Assembly: GCA_012295275.1 (NCBI GenBank)
Contig: CM022670.1
Location: forward strand, 9,920,001 to 9,984,000
Length of the DNA: 64,000 nucleotides
Reading direction: 5' to 3'
From: Chrysomallon squamiferum
Lineage: Eukaryota; Animalia; Mollusca
Shown here one piece after another: positions 1 to 15,100 of the stretch. Both the position numbers and the translations under genes were made by a program. The notes below the pieces were generated by a model that searched no databases, was not told where the DNA came from, and saw nothing but the letters and a program-made list of their open reading frames with translations. How positions within the stretch are numbered: position 1 is the first letter of the stretch; the number at the start of each line of letters is the position of its first letter.

Positions 1-630
1 GTGCCGTGGATTTCATAAATAGGTTGGACTGTACTAAGATATTGTCTATTGATTTTCCAGGTTTTCTTGACATGATGCTTTGTTGCAGTAAATTCTACTC
101 TGCTTGTAGACTGCGTGTGTAAAAGTTTGTATATCGTGAATTCACTGGCATTTTTAATATTTAAACCAGGTGAAAGAAATGGAATATCAAATGAGAAGCT
201 TCTGTAAAATCACATATCATTTTCCCTGAATGAGTCGGTTAAAAAGCTGGAAGATTTGTGTCAATAGGATCAGTCTTTGTTGCCCGTGGCTGTTATTTTC
301 ATCATTGGAATTCATGAAGATCCCACAAAACCGAATAAGTGTGTTATTAAATTTATGAAAATCCTTCAGAAATTGTTGTTGATCAGGAAAGCTGAAACGT
401 TTTTTTTCTGACTTGGAATTTTTTGAAAAACATTTCTCAAAGACAGTGTTTTCATTTTTGTTTTTGTTTTTCTGTTCAAGAATTTTTATTATTATTATTA
501 TTATTATTATTTTAACATATTATCATTAATATCCATGCAGTGAAGTTTTTATTTTCTGAAGTTGTATTTGTTGAAGTTACATGCAGTGAACAATGTTGGA
601 TATAGCAGCTGTGTTTTGTTGTCGCCGCAG

Positions 631-2857
631 GATCCGCAGGGCGGGGCTTAAAGGTTTGCAGGGTGTGGTGAGAAAAACTGGTCAGTGATGATCTTCAGGT
701 CAACATCTGGGACCCTGTCCACATGGACAAAATTGTACCCTCTTTACTGTTCAACATGCACGATTCTACAAGGTAATTTCTTTTTGGTCTTTTTAAAATA
801 GTCTAAGCCATTAACTCTTAAACTTCAAGAAGAAAAAAAAAATTATGTTTTGATAGTGTTACAGATTACAATAGACGTTTGTAATTTATACATAACTGCC
901 AATTCCACATTTAAAAAAAAAATTGTTACCAAATAAAGTAAAATAACAAAACAATTTTGTTTTTCCGTTTTTCCAGTTAGATCATTGATCAGTTTTTGCA
1001 TTTGTAATCTTAACATTTTGTAAAACTGTATAGTTCAGTTGCACACAAAGACACACACATTTATTTATTTATTTACTTAATTTTAAATATTTAGTTTTTG
1101 TTTTTAAATTATATAATATACAGTAAAATAATAATAATAATAACGACGATGACAATAACAAATTTATAGTAATAAGATTTTGTTAATGTTTCATACTTTT
1201 ATTTTTGTTTCTATAAACAGAGAGTCTACAACTGAAGTTGAAAGTCCTAGAGATGAGGAACATCCTTCCTATGTTGCTGAAAATGGGCTGCGTGACTTAA
1301 TGTGTCGAGCTTCTTACGGGAACATCAAATCATCGATCACACCTGTTTTAGTGTGAGTATTTACATAATATCAGTTTAGTGTGAGTATATAATAACACCT
1401 TTATTGTGAGTATTTATAAAATATCTAGGCTTAATGTGTTTTGTAATATAAGGTTTAGTGTGAGTATTTATTTAATATCATATTTAGAGAGTATTTATAT
1501 AATATCAGGTTTAGTGTGAGTATGAAATATCAGGTTTAGTGTGAGGATATAATATCAGGTTTAGTGTGAGTATTTATATAATATCAGGTTTAGTGTGAGT
1601 ATTTATGAAATATCAGGTTTAGTGTGAGTATTTATATAATATCAGGTTTAGCGTGAGTATTTATGTAATATTAGGTTTAGTGTGAGTGTTTACATCTGTT
1701 GTAGTATAAAGAAAATATCTGATTTAGAGTGACTGTTTATAATAATATCAGGTTTAATGTGAGTATAGACATCATTATATTTACTATGAAGTTTAGTGTG
1801 GGTATTTATATGATACTAGGTTTCATGTGAGTATACACATAACACAGATTTTAGAAACAGTATGTACTAATTTAAAATTTCATTTCATTTACATAAAATA
1901 ATAATAATATTAATAATAAAATGAATATCTACATTTTATTTTATTTTATTTTATTTTATTTTGTTTTGTTTTATTTTATTTTGTTAAGCCTTACTTAACA
2001 AAATACAATTAAAACAAATATTAGAAAAACATTTATTTTTTAAATTAATTTTTTTTGAATGTAATTGACAGTCATTGATTTGTATTTGTGAGAATATCAG
2101 ATGAATTGGGGGCGTAAATAAACTATTTTTTTTTTCCACTTGAATTTAAAATTAATTCTGAGAATAAGTGCTGAAAAAAAAAAAAAGACTAAAAAAATAT
2201 TTTTTAATGGATATCTTAACCCATAATTTGTATGGTAAATTTGCATGCATAGACCTTTTTGCTTTCTTTACATAAAGATACTGTTGTTCTTATTTCTGTT
2301 CTTCAGCCATTTTTGTTGGTAATAATATAAACATTTACCCACCATCATATGTTCTGTATTTATTTGTTTATAACACATACACAGTCATTTCTGGAAGTGA
2401 TGATTTCTCCTGTCTTCTCAGACTAGTTTATATAAATAGTTTATTGCAATGAGATAGACAAATCCAGTTTGTGAAATTATTTGGGAATAGCATTATCTTG
2501 GAATATAAAACACAAATGAATATTTCTATATATATATGAAACAAACATTTTTAAATATTAATTATTATGGTTGATCATAGAATCATAACTTTTAATGAAT
2601 TCTCAATGGTATTTGTAATCATGAATTATTAAGTGCAACATCCATCACAATCAAATAAGTATCCATTATCATTGACATCATAGAAATTTCACAAATACTC
2701 TTGATGGTATGTGACCCACCTTATTTTATATAATTTATATGCTGGTGTTACTGTTTAATGTATTTCACCAAATTGTGACAGTTAGATAGTTTTTTTATCT
2801 AAATATAAACAACTCTTTGATTTTATACTTCTTTTTTATTCTCTCTCTTTCTCTCTT

Positions 2858-2890
<33 letters not shown>

Positions 2891-4510
2891 TTCTCTCGCT
2901 ATGTCTATATGTCTTTAAGTTCTTCATATGCAAGTAAAAATAAATCATATGGTTTCAGTGAGTGTATCTGTTTATTTAGTCTTTTGGAACCTATTTAAAG
3001 GCTTAAGATAGCTCATAAAAGTAATATAAAAGGTTGAAATAAATATTTCACTAAAATATAAATTAAAAAAAATGTATTATGTTAGGGAAAAAAGTTTGGT
3101 TTTTTTATAGAATAATCATGTAATTATTTTTTATTCTAAATTAATTGGGTTTTTTGTTTTTTTTTGTTGTTGTTGTTGTTGATGTTGTTGATAAAAATAT
3201 ATTCTATAACCAGCACCAAACATGCATATTTTAGGCACACATACTTCATTTCAAAGTTATTTTATAAGTTAAAGTAACAAACTTCACATCTGCTGTGACA
3301 AATAAATATAATCAGTTGGTTTCCTCTACATGTTAAAGTGTGGCCTTGTTACGTTTATCACGTATTATTGGTTTAGGCTATTTCTGTGAGCAACTCTTAA
3401 TTGATCCAAGATAATATTGATCATCCTGGCTTTAGGCAAAACACAGCTGGCTGCAAGAAACACAATCTACTTAGTTACTGAGATGGGAATTCATTTTCAA
3501 CATCAGTTTTACAGTTAGTTTTCACTGAGAGATTCGCATGCATGAACTTCTAATACCAGTGTATTTGCATTGCCTTTTACACATTTCTAACAATTAAAAA
3601 CAAAAAAAACAGCAACAACTGAAAATTGAATACAAGGCAAAAGAAGTTCTGTTAACTTGTTGGCAGCAAAAATGGGATTACATAAACAACAAAAAGAGAA
3701 AAAAAATTGCAGATTAAGTTGGATTTTATTTGATAAAAGTTGTATTTATAATGGTTACATTGGTTTAAGAGCAGTCAAATGAATAATTTACTCTTATAAC
3801 TGAAAAATGTGATTTTTTTTTTTTTTTTTTTATATCTTCACATTTGTAAATAATTCATTTCAAATTAATTACTGAGTAAAAAAAATGAAAAAACTAAATT
3901 TTATAAAAATTAATTTCTCTTTTTCATTTATGTTTGTGTTTGTGTTTTTTTAACAATTAATTTGTGCAAAAGCAATCCAATAGAATTTATTTTTTTAATT
4001 TTTTTATTTTTTTTAAATTTTACTGTTTATATCTGGTAGTACAATCTGAGTTTGAGGAATAAGATATGTCCTTTCAGCATGGAATCTAAATAATCTGCCT
4101 GGGAATAGGTTTTTTAAAATTTTATGTCAAACCCATGATTAATTCTAGAAGCAGGATGTTGCTTAATGATGGTGTTTACGGGAAAAGAAATTTTTACACG
4201 TAACAGCCCTTTCTGATTCGCTTGTTTATTTCCCAATCCAAGCTGATATATCACTGCTTGTTTCGTGTTTGTGAGATTGTGCACAAAATCAATAAGTGAA
4301 ATTCATAGATTACAGGTTTCCTCTCTCTTACTGTCATTATGATATCAGTGGGTGACATTTTGACAGCCTTGTATTATTCATTTCATTGTTATGTTTGTTA
4401 AAAGTCTGCTTGCTTCATTGTAATTCCCAAAAATCAAAATGAAGCATTCCTTCCATCCTTAAACTGTCATAAAATGTGATATCTACAATGATTTTGTGTG
4501 TGTGTGTGTG

Positions 4511-4598
<88 letters not shown>

Positions 4599-5662
4599 TA
4601 CTAAATTATTTTTGACCAAGTCATAGCATCAAACATTTTTCTCACAATTTAATGTAAAATGTTGGTGGGATTTAAAAAATATATATCTTTTCTTATCTCT
4701 TTAAAATAATAATAATAAATCATTAACATTATTAAATTATTAAATTTTATTTAAAAAAATATATATTTTCAAATTACTTTGCAGTTTATTTGTGAATGCT
4801 AAATAACTTGGCAGAATAGTCTGTTATTTCAGCACAAATGCCTGATGAAGCAAATTTATTATTATTTATTAGTATATGTTTTTATGTTATTATACATATA
4901 GAGAGAAATTTTTAATTTTTATTTTCAGTATAAAACTTCTGTAAAATAAATATAACGGTAGTGTTTCTGTTAGATATGTAGGACTTACAGAACTTAGTTA
5001 TATATTTTTGATAAGCAAAGGTGCTGTAACATTTGCACAGATTTAAAATATTAGAAGAACACAATACTAAAATATAGAGAGAGAATATTTTTTTCCAAAT
5101 GCAAGTTCTTTTTCTTTTTATTGTTACTGTTATTGTTATTTGATATTATTTATTTATTTTTTTACTGTCTTTTTCTATAATGTCAGATGTTATATAAAGC
5201 AGAATTATTTATTAAGAAAGCCATTTAATAAAGCCATTTTTATTAGCTGTATATTCCTGTTTATGTAGCCAACATGCAAATGATACTTAACTCTGTGCAA
5301 AATATTTATTAAATCTATTCTGTAAAAGTGAAGCATTGCCAAATTTATTATTGTTTTATCTGTTTTTCACATTCAGTATTGATAACCACACAAGATATTT
5401 ACCATCTTATAATTTTCAGATTTTCTATATTTTTTGGTCATATAGAAACATTTGCACAGCACACCTTTTTCTTGTCATAGACTGTTAAATAAGAAAAACT
5501 GACTCTAACATAATTTTTATAAATACAAACAAGTGTTTATTACATTTTGTATTTGATTACAGACATCTGGACAATCACAATCTGTGGCAACCAAACCATT
5601 TTGCAAAGAAATGTTTCAAAATCATAATGTATTCTATTCAAGTAAGTTTTCACTAAAACTTC

Positions 5663-5703
<41 letters not shown>

Positions 5704-8700
5704 TATACATACATACATACATACATATACATATAAACATTGACATATATCTGTTCATATATTTAGTGATACGGTTTTGGCTAATTTAAAAAAAAAAAAA
5801 TACATACATTACATAATATCTTTGAGATATATCTGTTCATATATTTAGTTATCTCTTAGGTGATTTTTTCAGTATTTATTTGTAAACATGAATTGTTTGA
5901 TGTAATACAGAATATACAGGGTTTTGTGGCAGTGTGGGGTACAAATATGTATGCTTATCATTTTGATTGATAGCTTTGTCTTTGTGATTTGATTAAAAAA
6001 AAAAGAAGAAGAAAAAAAAAGAAAAGAAAAGACTTTGCAGTTTGCAGTTGGAAATAAATTGACATTGATTTTCAAAACAGTCTTGCTTTTCATATCGGTA
6101 ATTTATATTTGCTGAGTGATTATAGTTTGGAAATGGAATTGTTAAATTGTTATGTTGATATTTAGTCATTTAAAATTTGATATTTCCATTTTAAAAAAAA
6201 CCACAATTACCTAGTTAATCAGATGTTGATGTCTTGTGGAATTGTTTTTTTGTTGTTACATTTATATAAAGTTTGATAATTCTGTTTTAAGGAATGCACA
6301 ATTACCAAGCTAATCATGTCTTGTGGAATTGTTTTTATTGTTACATTTATATTTATTATGTGGTAATTCTGTTTTAAGGCACAGCACAGTTACCAAGTTA
6401 TTCAGATGTTGATGTCCCATCTGAACGCTCACACACAAAGTGATCCAATGATAAAAGCAGGAATTATTGGTGTTCTCTACGAGACAGTGTTCATCTCTGT
6501 TGGTGGAACTATTGGTGAGTGTTTATAAAATAAATGACAGTTTGTGTTCAATTACTTCAGTTTGATACAGCTGACACTGTGATAAATTTTATATTGGGTT
6601 AAATAATTTCTTTTTAAATAACAAGTTTAATAAACTATATTAACAATTATTTCTCACATTTATTTATTTATTTATTTATTTTATATTCATTGACTTTTAC
6701 AGACTCAGAGGCAAAGTAGTAAAAACATGCTTTAAATTATTCTGTTATTTGCTGACATTCACTGGTCTAACAAACAATTAAAACACAAAACATGATCTAG
6801 GATCTGGATGGTAACTTTAACAATAATTTCTCAATTTCATATGTTCTTCACATTCATTTTCAGACATACAGAAACACACGCTCCTCACACACTCACATTA
6901 TCTTTTTTCCTGTCTGTCTCTCAGATAGTCTTTTAGCTGATTTTACTTAACTTTAATTCCGAGAATTCCATTTCAAAAAAGGAAGAGAAACCTGTAATCA
7001 GTCTGTAATCTGATCCGAGGTGTCTGGAGTCTTCTAGTGAAATCTTGTTAAATTCTAACCTGTTTTTAATCAGGCCCGTCTGTACTGGAAGTCTTTAACA
7101 ATCTGCTGAGACATCTGAGGATTTCCCTCGACAGCAAGAGTAACGACCAAGAGAGACGCAAGGCTGAGAAGATTTTTGAAGAGGCCATCATTAACACAAT
7201 AGGTGTGACATTATCACCTGTTGTATTGTTACGTTTCAAATTTTAATTACAATTGTTTAAAACATAATTACCATTTAATTATTACCATTTAGCTGATGTA
7301 AGGGTACTGGTGCTTATACTGTTGTTTTTTAAATTATTATTATTATAATGAGTCATTTTTGTCTTAAAGATTACATACACCATACTGATGTCATCATCCT
7401 CCTTAATGAATTTTTAAAATATCCTTTTTTACTAATTGAGTATGTTATTATAATTATTTTTTATGATGTATATAACAAAAGAGATTTGTTCAGTATTAAG
7501 ATGGCAAGAGAAAAATGTTACGTTATTATTAAATTATTGAACTTTGTCAAACAATAATAAAGGGTAGGAAGGTACTAAAACCATTATTATTTTAATGATT
7601 AGGTGAATTTGCCAACAGTTTACCAGATTTCCAGAAAATTGAAATTATGATGTTCATCATGGCAAAGTTCCCACAGTTCACCAATGAAGATGACATCTGG
7701 TAAATTGTTTTGGCTAAAAAGATTTCTAATGCCAGCTGGGTTTTCTTATTGTCATTATTATTAAAAGGAATGTTGATACATAAATACAATATATACTGAA
7801 CAATAATTTCAATGAAATTTAAAAATAAAATAGAGTAAAAATAAATACATATATAACTGAACAAATATTCAAAAAAAAAAAAAAAAAAAAAAAATCAGAA
7901 TTTTTGATGTTTTTAAAAGTGAATGATACTGCACAAGTAATTTTCTTGCTAATAAATTTGTTATTTAATAAACTTTTCAGTGGACCAATGGATACCCAGC
8001 TACAGATACATTTGCTGAAGACTCTCCTTAAGGTAGATATCTGATAAAATTTTCCTTTCACCTTCTTTAGTAGGTCCTGATTACAACTTAAATAACAAAA
8101 AATTGTTAAGAAATAAATAAATCTGCCATAATGTTTTATTCTGTATATAAATGTTTTTCTAATACTTCTCTCCTTTCATCTGTTCCACTTATTGGTCACT
8201 TCTCTATCCATTTCCTCTATCCATCTATACATTTATAATCTTCTGTTATTTCCCTGTTTGTCCTGATCCTTCAATCACACATCCTGTTTTTTTCAGTCAC
8301 CACTGTCAGTGTCCCTTCTTCTGAAGTGCAGTTAAACTTTCATTTTTTTTGTCACCCAAACAATATGCTTGCTAGACTGTCACCCATCCAGCCAAAACAA
8401 AACTGCACTCAGTGGACAGTCACCCACCCAAAACACCCAATAGAAGTCACCCTCCAAGAACATTCAATAGATAGTCTGTTGCCTAATTCATCAGTGTTAG
8501 TTTCACTAAATATGCTGTCATAAAATTGGCCATTAAACTACATGTCCATCTATCCATAACACTGTCTAGATTAAAGATTATTTATTACTGTTAATTTTTG
8601 TTAACATGTTGTTGTGTTGTTTACAGGTGGCCACCAAATACAAGACTGTTGTCATGCAGAATGCTTTTCCTCCTGAGTTTCTACACCCTCTGCTGCAAAT

Positions 8701-11700
8701 CTCTCGGCTGGATGATCCAGGGATGAGAATCACTGTACAGGAAATTTTACAGACACTTATAGACCGACATGAAAACACCAGTAAACTGAATCAAGTGTAG
8801 TAAGTAAAGAAAATATGCGAAGGCTTTGGAACAAGCATGGTGTAACCCACATAATGTTACTGAGACAACTGATGTTGAAATTATTAAAATATATATACAA
8901 AAGTAATTCTCCAAAAGCTGTTTATTGATACAGTTAAATGTCATTGACAAGGGTTAAATTATTCATGGAACTGATGGATCCTGACAACATTTTATCACTA
9001 AATGAATCAAACTGTTTTCTTACTTGTTTGAATTATATCATCCTTGTTCATAGCCCTTAGTCTTTGTCATTACATCTTTTTAGTATTTTTATTTTTTTTT
9101 TTTTTTATTTATTGCTCCAGAGAACATTGATAATGTCAGGGCTCTTTGCCTTGGGCAGTTTACCTTCCAGTCAGCATGAAGCTAGTAATTATGAAGGAAA
9201 GTTTTTAAGAAAAGGAAAAAGAGTAGAATAATGTTCAAGTATAGCTTTAAGCAGCCTTGTTTGTTTACTTGAGTTTTTCTAACTTCTGACGTCACATATT
9301 TAAATTATTTGGTAGTCTGATTAAAAAATAACAACAATAAAAACAAAAACAAACAGTTTCTTATTTATTTATTAGTGTTTTTTTATAATATATAAAACTA
9401 ACCAGAATAAATAATAATGTTTTTATTTATAATTTATTTATTTTTATTTCAGCATCCCAAAGAACATATCTGAGTTGAATTTAAGAATTGAAAAAAGCTC
9501 AAGACAAGATATTCTCTTTATGAAAAAGGTAAGCTAACTAGTTATGACAAAACAAAAAATTGATTAAAGGATTTTTAATTTTACACGCTTTCTTTATTAT
9601 GTTGTTGTTTTTTTGTTATCATTGTCATTTGTATTTCAAAACTATGTTTTTGTTTCAGTAGTAGACTTTAATTATATTTCATATTTAATTCAAAAAAGTC
9701 TTTACATTTGTATATAATTATCAACAATCAAAATACATGCCACAAACAATTAATTTTTATCTGGAATTAAAAATAGATGATTTACAGAAAATGTATTATA
9801 AAGATTATACAGAATTTTTTTTTTTTTTTTTTTTTTTTTAATATTTAATGTTTCTTCTCAGAATGGCATGGAGTTTTACTGGTTTCTGTATGAGAACATG
9901 CAGATGCTGAGTAACACAGTGGAGAACTTTGAGGCTCTCTACTGCACCATGGGACTCATCTACATAGAACTTGGAGAGAATGATATTGTAGTTGAGCTGA
10001 TTCGACTTGCACTTGATATTCAGGTTTGTTGTGTTACAGTTTTATCTCTGGGTTGTAATAACTCTGATCTGTTGTGATCACTGTCACATCTTCTAGATAC
10101 ATTGTGTTTAAATTGTTCATAGATTTGTTAGCTTATTTTCTTGTGACCCTGGTTTTGTATATTTATTTTAAAACACCAGAGCCTTGTTTTAAGATTTCAG
10201 GGTACATTTTACATTTCAACAGAGCTTTAAAATATTTTTGGTATATATATATTTTATTTTAAAAATTTATATTTTTTTTTTTTTCTAGGATTAAAGTAAC
10301 AGATATATTTTAAGATTTTGAGAAAGAATGTCTATGATTTTCGGAATTTCAAAATGGCTCAACATTCAGTGTGAATGTTTTATTTTCAGCAAATGGCTGT
10401 CAGTAACAGTTTTCTGCCACTGACTCACAAGTGTGCTATTCATGCCTTGGTAGCTGCTTACATGAATCTCATCTCACAGTCCACAGACCTGCCTGACCTG
10501 AGTCACTATGTACAAAAGGTAATTTACTTTTACTACTACTACTACAAATACTATAACTATATACTATAATTGTTTTGTTGAAACTCTTTGAACAATTGTA
10601 TATATAATGACAAATAGCTCAAGGCAACTTTGAAATGGTAAGATACATAACTGTGGTTTTATTTAGTTTGTAAAAAAAAACAATGACTGGTTAAAGTCAA
10701 TGACATTGTCACTTTTTATTCAGCCTTTTTAATTGCTGAAATATGTCTGGTTTCTATAAAACGTGTTAACTAATATTTGCTCATCTGAATTGATTCTCTG
10801 TCATATTGTTTGCTTTTCAGAATTATTAGGCCACAGGTTGTTCAGATGTCTCAACTGAAGTAAAGTTTTTGTCTGGGTTACTAAAAAGAAAGTTGACATT
10901 TTTATGTTTTGTTTGACAGGTGATAAAAGCAAGAGAGAAAGAAGCACCCCACTTGTTGCCAAACTTTGCTTACAACAGAAACAACAGACCCCACAGGTAA
11001 ATAACTTCAAAGTTTTTCAGTTGTAAATCCTTATTCATAGCTTATTCTCTCTCATAACAAACTCTTCTTGTGCCTACTCTTTGTTTTAGCATTAACAGAC
11101 ACTGATGTAACAGATGTCGATAAAGAAAATTATATGATTTTCAAAAATAAAGTTTTTAACAGGTGACAGATTTATGGATAATTATTAAAAACTTTTTTTT
11201 TTTTTTACACCAAAGCCAACCTTAATGAATAAATAAAAATAAATAATAAAATATATGCAGTGTAGCTTAGTAAAATTATGCAAATGTTTTACATATTGAA
11301 ATATATGTTTTTCTTTAATCTTTCGAAGAAAAAAAATCATAAATATGCTAATTCCTTGATATTGACAAGGAATTAGCATATTTATGATTTTTTTCAAAAG
11401 ATTTAAAAACATATATATTGACTTTGGTAAATAATAAATCTTGTTCAACATTCTGCAGTGAAAATACATTTTTAAAATTATTCCATGAATTTCTTATGTA
11501 CATTTGTACATTTTTCAGAGCATTTTATTCATGTAAATAAATTACATTAAACAGCTTGACCAGAAATATTTAAAATAAATAAACAGTGGAGGTGTTCGAT
11601 AAATATTAAAGGCACAAAAAGAGTTTGTTCGTCTAAGCATTCTGCTAAACCTGTCTGTTTCATCTACATATTTGGAATTAACTGATTATTTTGCAGCCTA

Positions 11701-12097
11701 ACTTCATTTATATTCAAAGAGTTGAAACATTTTGTGCTTCTCCTTTTTATAGACATACTGTGGCTATGCAAACTTGCATTTCACATTTTAAGATTTGCTT
11801 TTAAGGTTATGCACCTGGTAAAATGTATCTGTGGTGGTACGAACAAAGAATTTAGATGTATTTTTAGATATTTAAAAGACTGTTTAGACTGTATCTTGGT
11901 ATTAACCTTTGCCATTAATGAAATACGATACTTACTTAGCAAAAAGCTTATTCTGTGATATAATTTTGTATGCATAAATGTGAAATAAACCTTGAAAAAA
12001 TTACCGATTATGTCAACATAGAATTCATTAAAGATGCTTTATTTTTCTTTATTTTATTATTATTATTTATTTTATTTTATTTTATTATTATTATTTT

Positions 12098-12140
<43 letters not shown>

Positions 12141-15100
12141 TTATTATTTTTAATACATTTTTGGGTAACAAATGACATAGTGGATCTCACCAGTTTATTT
12201 TAATGTTGTACTTTATTGTTAGTGAAGGTTGATGCCAAAAAACAATCACCTAGAAAATATTCAGTGTCTTGTTTGTACCACCAGAGTTACACTTTAATAA
12301 GAGTGAAAACACTGACAGTGTGTGATTATACACATTCACATTTTTACACCTTAGGAATAATAAAATTACTTTTATAATTAATTATTTATTTACTTATTTA
12401 TTTATTTTGTAATTTTTTTTTTTTTTTTTTTTTTTTACTTACTTTGTAATTTTTTTTTTTTTTTAATTCTTATTTTTGTATTTATTTATTTATTTATCAT
12501 ACTTTCACTTTATTATTATTTAAGCACACTAAATGAACTGAACGTAAAATAATTGCAGAATTATCAATTTTGAAGTAGATAATTAAACAGTCATCTAGTT
12601 TGCATTGTGAACAATGTAATGTTTATTATGTGAGTCATAAAGATAATGAGTAATAGAGAAGTGAGGTTTGCAGTTTGATCAGCATAATAGTCATCGAGTT
12701 AGTAATGCTAGTAATCTGAAATGCAGGAATAGAAGTAATCATAATAGCATCATGCAGAATATGAAACTAGACAGAGCAGAACAGTTTGATACTTCAAATC
12801 TGATTGACCTGTATGTCTCAGTGTTAACAAAAGTTGAAATTACATTTTTTCAAATGTATCTGATAGACATATTTACCAATAGAGAATTTCATTAAAATAT
12901 TTATAGACACTTATAGACACTTGTTTAAAATATAACAATCTGATTAAATGTTCCTAGCATTATTGTTTCGTATTTTCAGTTCTTAGTTTTATATATTTTC
13001 TATGTTTTTACATTACTAACTTTCATAGTTTTAGTCAGTATAGTGAAGGCACTTCAATTCTAAATAACAAAAAAGACAATATCTAAGATTTGTTTTCAAT
13101 TGTAAGCAATATTTAAACAATTGTAAACAATAATAATAATGATAATAATCTATTTAAAAGTTAGATTTTTTTCACTTCGGCATCAAGTCATAAATCAAAA
13201 TGCATAATCTATAATTCTAATATTTAAATCGTATCTATTACTTAGATTCTTTCAGCAGGTTCACTTTTAAAAAATTTTCGGTTTCTGATGCTTTTTGTGT
13301 GATTACTGTACATGGCAAGGTGTGTTTATGCTTTCATTTGAGTTGTATTCAATCTCACCAACAGCTTAAAAGACTTACAAAGCAGTGATCTGTAAGTAAA
13401 GAAAGAAAAAAAATTTAGTTTTTACACAAACTGTTGTCACTGGTATTTGTGTTGTGTGCAGCTTTTCTTTTTAATTTTTTTTTTTTGCAATCTTTCTAAC
13501 TTTCATGCTTGCACTTGTTTTTAATAATGCTTTACAGCTAATGTTAAAAAAGATTAAAACGTGTAATGTATTCATACTTCACTGAGTGTTGTTTCTCACA
13601 GTATAACATAATTTTGTTTTTGTTTAGATACATGAAAACATACATGCGTATGTACATACACACACACATACACACATACATACATTAAAAAAATGCACAC
13701 TTCACTGCTAAATTCACACACACACATACACACATTTCATTATACAAAACACAGAAAAACCAAACATATTTGAACTCTTAGGGCAAATGTAAATTAAACT
13801 TGTTTCATAACAGCCACATATAAGATTATTTAAATAATTAAGTTTAAAAAGATGTTCTGAGTATCAGACTTGTAACTAAACTGTGAGGAGATTCACAATT
13901 TTAGATGTTCTCATAGTACAACAAGCTGGTGATGTTATTGAATAGTCAGAAAATTTTCTTATTCAGCACTTCTAGTTTCAGAAAAATCATAATTTTTGAT
14001 TTCAACTAATAAATGCTATAATTACCATTTTAATTTAATTTTTATTTTTTTTATGAGAAAGCATAACCTTTTTTAACACTTTTATTTTGATTGAAATATT
14101 TTAATTTTGAATATATTCAAATATATTTAATACTTTTGTTTATTTATAATATTCCTTGCACTGTTCATTGCTTAAATTATCTTCCTTTTGTATAACAAGT
14201 AGATTAATGTATAACAACTAAACAATTACCAAATCAATTTTACTTGGGTAATATACCATATAATTCAATTTACAATGAACTGAATAAATTCTGATTGAGG
14301 TATATGGTTACAAGATCATTACTTTTGCATTATCATCATCATCATCATCATCATTATTATTATTATCATTATTATTATTATTATTTTTATTTTTATTATT
14401 AAGCAAAACCAATGCAATATATTTTTATTTGCAGATCCTGGTAACTTTTCTGAATTGCCATTACATTAATAAAGATTTTTGTTTTAAAAAAAAAACACAC
14501 ACAAACTTGAGGAATAGAAAATAAACATTAATTGCAAAATTAATTAAAAAGTACAAATTAATGGTTTGTACAAACAAGTAACAACAGATGTCTTGTTTTG
14601 GTCCTTTTCCAAATACATATATTTTGAATAATTTCATTGTTTTTAAAACTATATTATTAATTTATAGGTATTTCTGCAATGAAAATAAACAGCATGATGC
14701 AAGTTCAGCTTTTTAACTGTATTCAGTATTGTTAGTGTTTTTAGATGTCTAGATTTTTTAAATATTTATTTTGTAAATATGTACATACAAAGAATAATGA
14801 TGTAAATAGTAGAAATATAGAGTATTTACATGTGTATAAAATGAGTAGTCATGTAACTTAGATAGTACCTATGTTTTACCTTTGTTCACATTATGTAAAT
14901 AAATACAGGTATATGCATGAAATATCTGCCCATGTCATCAGTGTAATAATTTGTTTTTGACTAGAAAAAAATAATCTAAATCGAAGTGTTTTTCAGTTGT
15001 AAAGTCAACGAGTCACTGCATTAAAAACTAATAAATTATCTTATTATGATAAACAAATGTGTGTGGGTTTGGTGTAAAAATATTATCATATCTTTAATTA

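Noticed and set aside
1345-1838. CRISPR-like appearance of the 29-bp repeat (also the 22-bp array at 17197)
   Set aside because: There are no unique spacers and no cas genes, and the context is a eukaryotic intron; these are head-to-tail minisatellites.
3300-3480. More complex intronic stretch that might be an H/ACA snoRNA or an extra exon
   Set aside because: I could not establish a two-hairpin structure or an in-phase exon by eye.
6292-6366. Hydrophobic C-terminal tail (LIMSCGIVFIVTFIFIMW*) produced if the decoy acceptor is used, resembling a tail anchor
   Set aside because: T-rich intron DNA encodes hydrophobic residues by default, and the premature stop predicts NMD.
8798-8800. Apparent in-frame TAG ending ORF 8606-8800 in EFR3 copy 1
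   Set aside because: The exon ends at TA|GTAAGT and splices to C at 9453, giving TAC (Tyr). The 173-nt length matches the paralog.
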